Source of the DNA: an uncultured Nitrososphaerales archaeon
GTDB taxonomy: Archaea > Thermoproteota > Nitrososphaeria > Nitrososphaerales > Nitrososphaeraceae
Assembly: GCA_963709405.1 (NCBI GenBank)
Contig: CAVPXM010000014.1
Span: 1 to 11,344, forward strand
Direction of reading: 5' to 3'
DNA length: 11,344 nucleotides
Shown here: piece after piece, positions 1-7,393 of the stretch
Layout of the letters: each line of letters opens with the position of its first letter
How positions within the stretch are numbered: position 1 is the first letter of the stretch
Translations under genes and position numbers: made by a program
Notes under the pieces: model-generated
The model's input: the letters and a program-made list of their open reading frames with translations, nothing else
Databases searched by the model: none
Told to the model about the DNA's origin: nothing

Positions 1-1
1 A

Positions 2-232
2 TTTACTCCCAAGAATGAAAAGGATGTTAATATTATTCAACAACAAATTAAACTATTAAAAGATGCTGAAGTGGCGCCATCTATCCAAAGGGCAATCAAG
101 ATTGTCCTAAATCCTGCATTATGCAATAACTGTGTTGAAAATAAATACCTTTTTGAATTAAATTTTGGTGGTAAGTTATGTTTAAGCTGCTTTGAAGAGG
201 AATATGGGAAAATTCTGCTCGCAGACAGATGA
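2..232 (+). CDS. 5' part (runs off window edge) of the Zn-finger/PH-like/SHOCT gene; frameshifted relative to 192..1442
   Basis: Stop-free frame from base 2 to TGA 230-232: FTPKNEKDVNIIQQQIKLLKDAEVAPSIQRAIKIVLNPALCNNCVENKYLFELNFGGKLCLSCFEEEYGKILLADR*, containing CxxC-x15-CxxC. Removing one base near 220 gives ...YGKILLQTDDKESVEYFGGHK, continuous with the downstream ORF. Confidence 0.75.
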   Translation, partial: FTPKNEKDVNIIQQQIKLLKDAEVAPSIQRAIKIVLNPALCNNCVENKYLFELNFGGKLCLSCFEEEYGKILLADR

Positions 233-1442
233 TAAAGAATCGGTAGAGTATTTTGGCGGACACAAGGACCATGTAATAGGTGGTATTCTAGGTAAACATA
301 GCCAATCTGGAAAAATGTATCCGACCGAGGATCATATTATCTTCGCAAAAGATGACAAAGACATTTCCAAAAAATGGGAATTATTCATACCATTAAGTTC
401 AGTTATTTTGAATTGGGATGTAGAAGAAAGAGAAAGGCAAAAGAATGTTCAATGGGAGGGAACTACTTTTAATAACTTTGGCTTTGGCTGTGGATTTATG
501 CGTAGATCAAAAAAATCAATCGCTTTTGTAATTCCATATATTGATGGGAAAGATATTCCCCAAGAACCTGTATTCCGTATTCTGGATGTCCAAAAATGGG
601 CTTCAGAACTGTACATGATGACTGTCAAAGCAAAGATGAATTCATCGCAGTTACAAAATATTTCAGAAGATAATGCTGTTTCTCAAACAACTGCTAATTG
701 TTTTATTTGCAACAGACAATTTATGGTTTATGATCTTGTTATATGCTATCACTGCAATACAACTTTTTGCGACATCTGTATAAAAAAACATTCTACAAAA
801 CAAGAAATTGAGTTTGATTCGAAGTATATCGGTGGACACAAACTCTATCCCAAATCGTCGGACGTTAAAGTTCATATGTTTTCTGACAGAATAGAAGTAG
901 AAGCACTACACATTAGAATTCCATATACTTGGATTACCGATATCGAAAATGCTGATGAAAAGAAAATCAGTGCAAGGCGTATGTTTCTAGTCGGTCTGTA
1001 TTCTTTTGCTTGGAAAAAGAAAGATTTGTATACAATTATAGAATATCTTGATGGGTTTAATCAAAAACAAACCCTGATTTTTGACTTTGGGAAAAAGATA
1101 CAAGAAGCGCAACAAAAGATCTATGATAGAATGCTCGCATTTCGTTTTGCAAAGGAAAGACTTGAGTCCCAGAAAATGGATCAGGATCTGAAACTGCAAA
1201 AGTTGTCTGGGGAAGAAAAAATTGTTACCAACAGCGGCGGTTTTCAACCTCAAATAAGCAGCAATGATGAATCAAGACCAGGAAGTAATACAGCTTTGCA
1301 AGATAATTCTGTTATCTCCAACGCGAATAAAACAGACAAACATGATGACAAGAATCCACTTAATATTCTCAAGGTTAGATTGGCAAAAGGAGAAATTAAC
1401 AAAGAAGAATATGAAGAAATGCGAAAGATGATAGAAGATTGA
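192..1442 (+). CDS. SHOCT-domain protein with two 'YxGGHK' PH-like repeats and an internal Cys-rich Zn finger (true start lies upstream)
   Basis: 416-aa ORF. C-terminal PLNILKVRLAKGEINKEEYEEMRKMI matches the SHOCT pattern. Repeats YFGGHK (249-266) and YIGGHK (825-842). CFIC-x11-CYHC-x4-CDIC-x3-H at 699-791. Confidence 0.85.
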   Translation: MKRNMGKFCSQTDDKESVEYFGGHKDHVIGGILGKHSQSGKMYPTEDHIIFAKDDKDISKKWELFIPLSSVILNWDVEERERQKNVQWEGTTFNNFGFGCGFMRRSKKSIAFVIPYIDGKDIPQEPVFRILDVQKWASELYMMTVKAKMNSSQLQNISEDNAVSQTTANCFICNRQFMVYDLVICYHCNTTFCDICIKKHSTKQEIEFDSKYIGGHKLYPKSSDVKVHMFSDRIEVEALHIRIPYTWITDIENADEKKISARRMFLVGLYSFAWKKKDLYTIIEYLDGFNQKQTLIFDFGKKIQEAQQKIYDRMLAFRFAKERLESQKMDQDLKLQKLSGEEKIVTNSGGFQPQISSNDESRPGSNTALQDNSVISNANKTDKHDDKNPLNILKVRLAKGEINKEEYEEMRKMIED

Positions 1443-1979
1443 TCCGAAGAGATGTTGGTACATGAATAAATTAATGAAACTGACTAGGCAAGACCACAAA
1501 TCATTCTGAAACACTTCATTAGCTTCTAGTGCTTTTAAAGTCGATCTCTACCGACGGCTACTTTATATGTGTAAAATTTCGAAAGTTCGTTTTACATACA
1601 ACGTGTCTATTCAAATCAAGATGATTTCCTACTTTGAAGAGCATTGAATAAGTTATGCTGTCAAGACCAGTCGTCTAAAGTGTTTCAACGGTTTGGCAAT
1701 AACAAAGATTCTTGGACGTTTAATCCTAACTTCACTTTTTCAGAGGATATTGCAATTGATAAAATTGGCCATAATTACTCATTCAGCTACTATTGTGTGA
1801 GACTTGCGTAGACAATAATTCGCCATAAAACGTTCCAAGAATATCGTAGTCACATCACCGAAAAGCCCAATCATGTGTTAGCATATGGCAGTATATGAAT
1901 ATGCTAACTGGACATCATTAGGAATGTAAGAGAGACTTAGAATGTTCGTACTGGATGGTTGACAGAAGTCTATCAGTTG

Positions 1980-2303
1980 TTAGTTTCTCTGCACCAGCAC
2001 CAGCACCAGCACCAGCACATCATTCCGCCTGTCAAGTGATACAATGTTAATTCTATTCTTCTTACTCTTCAAAGTATAATATTTTGGCCCACCAAAAATT
2101 TTTGATATAGTCAATATTTTAGCCCATTCTTCAAGTGCTTCTACAATAGCACGTGCCTGATGAATATTGTTTCCAACAGCTACAACTCCGTGATTCTTAA
2201 TTATAACTGCCTTTAACTTTTCACCACCATGTCCAAATGCTTCAGAAACTACATTTGCTAATTCTGTTGATCCTGATGGCTTATTTGCGATTATAACAGG
2301 ATC
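1980..2303 (-). pseudogene. C-terminal half of class II aldolase/adducin-family protein, out of frame with 2281..2691
   Basis: Manual translation: DPVIIANKPSGSTELANVVSEAFGHGGEKLKAVIIKNHGVVAVGNNIHQARAIVEALEEWAKILTISKIFGG...QRN*. Carries the NHG motif with the third Zn-binding His. Joined to the N-half by deleting one C of CCC 2305-2307. Confidence 0.85.
1991..2018. repeat. Hexanucleotide microsatellite (GCACCA)4+GCAC
   Basis: Perfect tandem copies at 1991, 1997, 2003 and 2009 plus a partial at 2015; GC-rich against an AT-rich background. Confidence 0.95.
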
Positions 2304-2691
2304 TCCCTACTACTATCTTGGCTTCTTCTATTATATGTCGGAACTGATGTATTCCAGATATTGCAATACCAAGTGTATATGGACTATGCGTGTGTACAAT
2401 TGCATTTACTTTTCTTGACTTTTTGTAGATAGATAAATGCATATACCATTCTATACTAGGTTTCAGTCTACCAAGTGTCTTTCCAGTTTCTAAATGTACT
2501 TTGACCAAATCTTCCTCTCGCATATTGTAACGCGGGACCCCAGATGGAGTTATCCACATCCATTTCGTGTTTTCTATTCTAATACTATGGTTGCCTGATA
2601 CAGGCGATGTAAAACCCATCCCATACAAACTTTTAACACAATTTACAAGGGTCCTTTTATTATTGGCATCAGTTTTATTGATAGAAATCAA
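2281..2691 (-). CDS. Class II aldolase/adducin family protein (FucA/MtnB-like), N-terminal part; frameshifted, full gene 1980..2691
   Basis: Motifs SGNHS, ITPSG, PSIEWYMH (catalytic Glu) and IVHTHS (two Zn ligands) are typical of class II aldolases. Substrate cannot be assigned. Confidence 0.9.
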   Translation of the reverse strand: MISINKTDANNKRTLVNCVKSLYGMGFTSPVSGNHSIRIENTKWMWITPSGVPRYNMREEDLVKVHLETGKTLGRLKPSIEWYMHLSIYKKSRKVNAIVHTHSPYTLGIAISGIHQFRHIIEEAKIVVGRSCYNRK

Positions 2692-2797
2692 TATGACGAA
2701 CGAACATAATGGACAAAGATCCTATTAATGATATTGCAGTTTTAGAATATTACAATAGTAGGATTTCCAACAAGATTATCTGGTCCTTGATAACTCA

Positions 2798-3217
2798 TTA
2801 ATTTGATATAATGGATGCACCTGTCATATCTCCACTTCGCTCCCCTGTTCTTACTTCAATTCTCAAAAAGGAATATTGTATAAAAACCCTGATGAGCCTA
2901 TTCCCAGACGAGGACATACTCACTAAGGAATTGAATAATGGATCGACTTGTATACTCTGTGTTAAAAAGGCCACAGGTCCTGCTATTCCGACTGGACAAT
3001 TTTGAATATTTTGAGTGATGTATGGGTGTCCTTCTCTTGGGAGGGATATCTGCCACTGCCACCACTTTATCATCCATTCCGTATAAGGCTGGCCGTAGGG
3101 TCTGGATTCTTTAGAAAATATCCCTGGTGTGGAGGGAACCCCATATACAAAAAACGTTGACGGCATGAACAAAATTAGAATCACAATAATGCTTATTGCT
3201 GAATACGATTTGTTCAT
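2798..3217 (-). CDS. Secreted hypothetical protein (Trp-rich 'PYG..Y.EW..KWWQW..S.P' family), probably truncated
   Basis: N-terminal signal peptide (MNK + hydrophobic stretch), then SRPYGQPYTEWMIKWWQWQISLP...C...GPVAFL, a pattern I recognise from Nitrososphaera exported proteins. Resemblance ends after about residue 90. Confidence 0.7.
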   Translation of the reverse strand: MNKSYSAISIIVILILFMPSTFFVYGVPSTPGIFSKESRPYGQPYTEWMIKWWQWQISLPREGHPYITQNIQNCPVGIAGPVAFLTQSIQVDPLFNSLVSMSSSGNRLIRVFIQYSFLRIEVRTGERSGDMTGASIISN

Positions 3218-3417
3218 AGTATTTTGGGATATGAGACTTTCAATTATATTTTGCGTTAAAAAGTAAAAATTGTCCAGAGTCCCACTTGTTCCACCCTCCT
3301 AAAGCTCCCGTTTCTTGTCATAAAAAGACGTACGTGTCTATGTGATTAACGAGCAGTTCCTATAGATGGTTTATGGTTATGCTTATCCTCACTGACTCTT
3401 ACACATTAGAAAAGTAC

Positions 3418-3585
3418 CTACAGAAATTGAATATCATCTACTGAACTTGCCATTCTACCAATCCTTACACAGTCTCTTATATCCACATACTTTTGTTGTT
3501 TGCATAAGTCATCCATCAGCCGATCCCTTATTGTGCCATAATCTTTTCCCAGGTCGTCTATGCTAACTGGAATATAGTCAGCCAT
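3418..3585 (-). CDS. Possible 55-aa hypothetical protein (not in ORF track)
   Basis: ATG 3585 to TAG 3418: MADYIPVSIDDLGKDYGTIRDRLMDDLCKQQKYVDIRDCVRIGRMASSVDDIQFL*. Protein-like composition; no family recognised. Confidence 0.4.
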   Translation of the reverse strand: MADYIPVSIDDLGKDYGTIRDRLMDDLCKQQKYVDIRDCVRIGRMASSVDDIQFL

Positions 3586-3809
3586 GTTCTTAGAATCTGG
3601 TGCCTATTCATATATCTAGTATCTATTATACTTTATCGCTAGCGACTCCGATAACACATTCAATAATTAGGACTTAAAATCAACCTATTAAGCCATAGCT
3701 TGAATCCAATTCAGAAATTTAGACGTATTATACATTCAAGCTATAGTTATATACATACACAGGCTTTACTGACTTAATCAGCCTCCTCCCCTCTCCGACA
3801 AGTATTACA

Positions 3810-3819
3810 TTTTATAATA
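3810..3819 (+). promoter_or_regulatory. Archaeal TATA box for the 3842-4520 cassette
   Basis: TTTTATAATA centred about 27 nt upstream of ATG 3842, the spacing expected for a leaderless archaeal transcript. Confidence 0.55.
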
Positions 3820-3841
3820 ATCACGATATCGGAATCTGGTT

Positions 3842-4048
3842 ATGAGGAAGAAGAACCCATTACTGCAAGTTCAATCTAATCCATTACACGTGCAGGAAGC
3901 AAGAGAGACCAAACCAACTACTGAACTAAAAGAGATAGACCACGAAATAGAATGTCCTCGCTGCCATGACGTAATGATATTATCATCTGAGTTTGATAGA
4001 CTAGGCTACTCGTGCGAAGAGTGTAGTTTCTTATTATATCTGACTTAA
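3842..4048 (+). CDS. Small zinc-ribbon protein
   Basis: 68 aa with CPRC-x15-CEEC; TATA box upstream; 2 bp from the next gene. Confidence 0.85.
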   Translation: MRKKNPLLQVQSNPLHVQEARETKPTTELKEIDHEIECPRCHDVMILSSEFDRLGYSCEECSFLLYLT

Positions 4049-4050
4049 AA

Positions 4051-4329
4051 ATGGGTAGAACAATTCCATCATTTAGATTAGCAACGTCAGATGAAAAAAT
4101 TGAATGGAAGGAATTTCGCAACTGTCTTGGCAGATCTGACAGGAAGTTATTTGATAGAATGTTTTCAATTGAACGCTTGTATAATTCAGCGTGTTCTTAT
4201 GCCGCCAGTCCTATAAGAATACAGCCAATCTTCCTGTCTATTATATTCGATCATTATAAGACATTAAAAAAGTTGGACGAACAAGAAAAGTCAAGACAAC
4301 TGAAACTAGATGAAATCAAACCCCACTAA
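4051..4329 (+). CDS. Conserved archaeal small alpha-helical protein (MGRTxPSFR family; resembles PolB2-operon protein arCOG07300)
   Basis: MGRTIPSFR...EWKEFRNCL...DRKLFDRMF...PIFLSIIFDHYK pattern recognised from memory; family ID needs HMM confirmation. Confidence 0.8.
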   Translation: MGRTIPSFRLATSDEKIEWKEFRNCLGRSDRKLFDRMFSIERLYNSACSYAASPIRIQPIFLSIIFDHYKTLKKLDEQEKSRQLKLDEIKPH

Positions 4330-4364
4330 CTAACTGACTAAGGAATCAACGAACTAACCAGAAT

Positions 4365-4520
4365 ATGGCCATGTTCACTAATTGTAGCAAATGCAGTAGC
4401 AATAACGTATTCCATTCAGTTCATGATACATCGGTCAAACCAAATCATACACGATTCATATGTTTTAATTGTGGTAACGTCTGGATACAGCAAAATAATA
4501 AGAATGGCCACATAGTGTAA
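4365..4520 (+). CDS. 51-aa zinc-ribbon protein resembling the TFS/TFIIS C-terminal ribbon (not in ORF track)
   Basis: MAMFTNCSKCSSNNVFHSVHDTSVKPNHTRFICFNCGNVWIQQNNKNGHIV*: C-x2-C-x22-C-x2-C-G-x2-W. Lies 35 bp after the previous stop on the same strand. Confidence 0.75.
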   Translation: MAMFTNCSKCSSNNVFHSVHDTSVKPNHTRFICFNCGNVWIQQNNKNGHIV

Positions 4521-4823
4521 ACAAGTCAAATACGTGAGAATAATAACTTAACCATTTGGAATTATCTAGATTAGGAGGATAAAATGGTTCCCTGCCAAGC
4601 TGAATAACTCCATCCAGAGCAGCCAATATGATATTGCAAGTATGATGACTATATAAAACAGTAAAGGTTTGGATAAAGATTGTGAATCTTTTATAGTCAT
4701 TAATTGACAACTCCTGTGTCTTTTACTAGTCATTGCTAGTCAAGACTTTCATAAGTTCCTATTCTCAAAGAACTAATCTCTAAGGTAACGCGTATTAATT
4801 ACCAGGGTAGACTATACATACTT

Positions 4824-5576
4824 ATGGTAGAACGGTGGCTTAGGTTTACCAACCTGCCATTATTGGAACAAACTCGCGCTAGGGTAACTAAAACCTTAAT
4901 GGATGGTATGCAGCTCAATATGTCAACTGAAGAATCCAAAAAATTCCTGAGAAGGCGTGTAAACACCAAAACAAACCTGGTGACTATGTTTGTAGATATC
5001 AATAACTCAACTCAAATGAGTCTTTCTTTACCAGAGAACAAATTCGCTTTAATAGTACAAAGTTTTGCTCAAGAAATAAGTATTGCTGTTTTAGGTTACG
5101 GTGGATATGTATTCAAGTATGAAGGTGATGCTGTTATTGTATTGTTTCCAGCCGAATGCGATGAGGCAAAAGCATGTGAAAATGCATTGAACTGTTCAAG
5201 AGCAATATTAGAAATCATAAGAGAAGTTATTAACCCTATATTTAAGGCAAATGAATTACCGGAAATCACTGTAAGGATTGGATTGGCTTATGGCTATTCT
5301 TTAGTAGTGCTTTACGGGAAGAGTTTAGAAAAAGCTCATATAGACATAATTGGTTCGAGCATAAGCTTGGCTTCAAAGATTGCATCTATTGCAAAGGCTA
5401 ATCAGATATTTGTAGGTGAATTCATTTACAATATCCTTCTATCATCAGCGAACAATAAAGATTTTTTTAACAATAGCAAGTTTATAGAAGTAAATCTCGA
5501 TCCAACAAAATGGAAATATCTTTCTCATTTTGATTCCCAAAGCATGTATCGTGTATACGAGTATTTAGAAAATTAA
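4824..5576 (+). CDS. Class III adenylate/guanylate cyclase domain protein
   Basis: MFVDINNST (metal Asp 1), GGYVFKYEGDAVIVLF (substrate Lys, metal Asp 2), VRIGLAYG, and HIDIIGSSISLASKI; no TM or sensor domain. Confidence 0.93.
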   Translation: MVERWLRFTNLPLLEQTRARVTKTLMDGMQLNMSTEESKKFLRRRVNTKTNLVTMFVDINNSTQMSLSLPENKFALIVQSFAQEISIAVLGYGGYVFKYEGDAVIVLFPAECDEAKACENALNCSRAILEIIREVINPIFKANELPEITVRIGLAYGYSLVVLYGKSLEKAHIDIIGSSISLASKIASIAKANQIFVGEFIYNILLSSANNKDFFNNSKFIEVNLDPTKWKYLSHFDSQSMYRVYEYLEN

Positions 5577-5719
5577 TCAATCAATTATGTTATGTTGCTC
5601 CTGTCAGGTAGGATTAATTACTTTTATCGTCGATCGGGATCCTTTTAGATGTCGAACTCATATTTATTGCCTTAAAATTAAGATTCTTTACGCGTCACAA
5701 CAAATATAGGAAATACTGG

Positions 5720-5766
5720 TAAACTAATAATCTCGTTCAAGTTCTAAACTAATAAACAAACTAACA
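5720..5766 (+). repeat. Direct repeats upstream of a promoter (candidate operator)
   Basis: TAAACTAATAA at 5720-5730 and 5745-5755, plus AAACTAACA at 5758-5766. Confidence 0.6.
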
Positions 5767-5770
5767 TCAA

Positions 5771-5787
5771 CAAAAGTATTTTATAGA
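5771..5787 (+). promoter_or_regulatory. BRE/TATA promoter of 5809..6099
   Basis: CAAAAG followed by TTTATAGA (5780-5787), centred about 26 nt upstream of ATG 5809. Confidence 0.6.
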
Positions 5788-5808
5788 TTAGCCCTTAGTA
5801 TTCTGTCT

Positions 5809-6099
5809 ATGAGATTTATAATTCGTGCAGTGATACCAACAGAAGCAGGAAACAAGATGGTAAAGGATCCGAACTTCCTAAAGAATCTAGAAGAATATAT
5901 GAATAAAGCTAAACCAGAAGCATCATACTTCTTTGAGGCTGAAGGTGAGAGGGTTATGACTTTCGTAGTAGATATGGAAACTGCTGACCAGATACCTGGA
6001 TTGGCTGAGCCATTATTTCAAGGAATGGGTGCCAATGTAGAATTCCATCCTGTAATGAGTTTCGATGATCTTAAGAAGGCAATATCAAAAATGTCGTAA
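5809..6099 (+). CDS. Small conserved protein, DUF3303/GYD-like dimeric alpha-beta barrel
   Basis: 96 aa: MRF...P.EAGN...KPEASYF...G.R...VVD......IP.LAEPLF..MGA.VEFHPVM..DDLKKA pattern; own promoter. Confidence 0.85.
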   Translation: MRFIIRAVIPTEAGNKMVKDPNFLKNLEEYMNKAKPEASYFFEAEGERVMTFVVDMETADQIPGLAEPLFQGMGANVEFHPVMSFDDLKKAISKMS

Positions 6100-6689
6100 A
6101 GTCAAATCAGACAGACAAAAAAGATAAGATTATTTAGACCAGAAGACCAACCATCTTCTCTCTTTCGATGAACTGTTTTTAGTTCAGACCCATTTAAAAA
6201 CAATACGAAGATTTGATCATAGCATTCTGTTAATGATTTTAATGCACATCCATCAAAAGAGCTTCTATTTCATTTAGTATTTTATTAATCTTGTACGGCC
6301 ATGTATTAGTGGATTTGCGCTCTTAATTATCATTAATTGATTTTCATACTAATTTGTCATAGTTTATTATCTACATACTTATTTTATCGCAATAACTGCA
6401 ATTATAGAAATGGTTCTACTTTTTTGGAGGCATTGTTAATTATCTTAATTATCTCCTTCACAAGGTTATCAATAAGAGAATTATTATGCTATCTTAATAC
6501 ATATATATCTTCCTAGAAGATCAACTAATAGTGGATAATTACTAACTTCAGGTAATGAAAACAATCTTATTAAATGCTAAGGTAATTAAAATGCAAGCAA
6601 AATTCCTGTTGTAGATATTTATGGGAATGGTAAAACAAATGGTGTCCTTTTTTGAATCTCCACTATTGTTTTCCTGATCGCAACTCTTT

Positions 6690-7026
6690 GATTTTGTGTA
6701 TATTAGATTCATTGGAGATAGGAATATACAAGAAAAAGAATTCGGAAGGATATAAAAAGAGAGGGTTGCAGAAATGAAAAATGGATAGGTTTCTGAAGAG
6801 AGATAGAGAAGAACAACGAGAAAGGCTTGACCTAGTAATAGTAGCAGCAAATAGCCATTATGCTGGGTTTTTGGTTCTAGAACTGCTAACACTTTCAGAA
6901 AAATGTTGGACTTGTCAGAAGTGGCATGGAAATGATGATGTTGAAGTGTGGCAGACAGAAGAAGATGCATTATCTAATAAAACAAAGCAAACCACTCTAT
7001 CAGATTTTTTGAAATTAGGTATATGA
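6690..7026 (+). pseudogene. DUF72 (YecE-like) C-terminal remnant with PIP box
   Basis: Fragments DFVYIRFIGDRNIQEKEFGRI*KERVAEMK (6690-6779, TAA at 6753), LVIVAANSHYAGF, GSRTANTFRKMLDL (from 6873) and KQTTLSDFL. These fit the DUF72 Y.R..G and NN..G.A..A motifs. One stop and several frameshifts; 5' part absent. Confidence 0.8.
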
Positions 7027-7257
7027 TCAATTAATAAATCGATTGATTAAATGATGAATATGTTTGGTTATATTTAAAAACCAACGATACAACCGTAGGG
7101 CGGTGCATTTAAGTAACATGTTTAAATCTTCTGTCCAGTATCTGGATGCGACATCAGTAATTTTATCTACAAATCTATCTGAGATTTTGCGATCTTCAAG
7201 ATCTGTAATGTATGCTATATCAAACCCTCTTTTCAAGAATTCTCTAATGTTGGACAA
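7027..7257 (-). other. Possible hypothetical gene fragment
   Basis: 76-aa TTG-start ORF with protein-like composition; the frame continues upstream past a TAA (...SRWGGIFDKN*GLSNIREF). No family recognised. Confidence 0.3.
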
Positions 7258-7393
7258 CCCTTAATTTTTATCAAATATCCCTCCCCATCTAGAATAGTGT
7301 GACCTTGGTTCTCTGTACACGATCTTCATCGATGATAACTGCCAGTTCTTTCATGTCTAATCTAGCAAATGACCAAGAAATTGAACGTCTTAT

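Noticed and set aside
206-212. GGGAAAA slippery-like run as a programmed -1 frameshift site
   Set aside because: Joining the two frames requires +1, not -1, and the upstream frame stays protein-like past this site.
663-1514. Minus-strand ORFs 663-875, 987-1253 and 1272-1514
   Set aside because: Antisense shadows of the SHOCT gene with no motifs.
1644-1811. 55-aa TTG ORF containing FSEDIAIDKIGHNY, faintly NHL-repeat-like
   Set aside because: Single weak match, too little to support.
2811-3005. 64-aa plus-strand ORF
   Set aside because: Antisense to the signal-peptide gene; no recognisable family.
4573-4607. AGGAGG followed by ATG (MVPCQAE*)
   Set aside because: Only 7 codons; no evidence for a leader peptide.
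3918-5002. Minus-strand ORFs 3918-4121, 4465-4710 and 4799-5002
   Set aside because: Overlap better-supported plus-strand genes; no motifs.
4824-5576. Cyclase as part of a Pycsar/CBASS-like defence system
   Set aside because: No adjacent cNMP-binding, TIR or TM effector; the patatin is about 5.7 kb away with unrelated genes between; specificity residues are adenylyl-type.
6548-7026. ORFs 6548-6970 (-) and 6781-7026 (+) as independent genes
   Set aside because: Respectively the antisense shadow and a mixed-frame piece of the DUF72 pseudogene.
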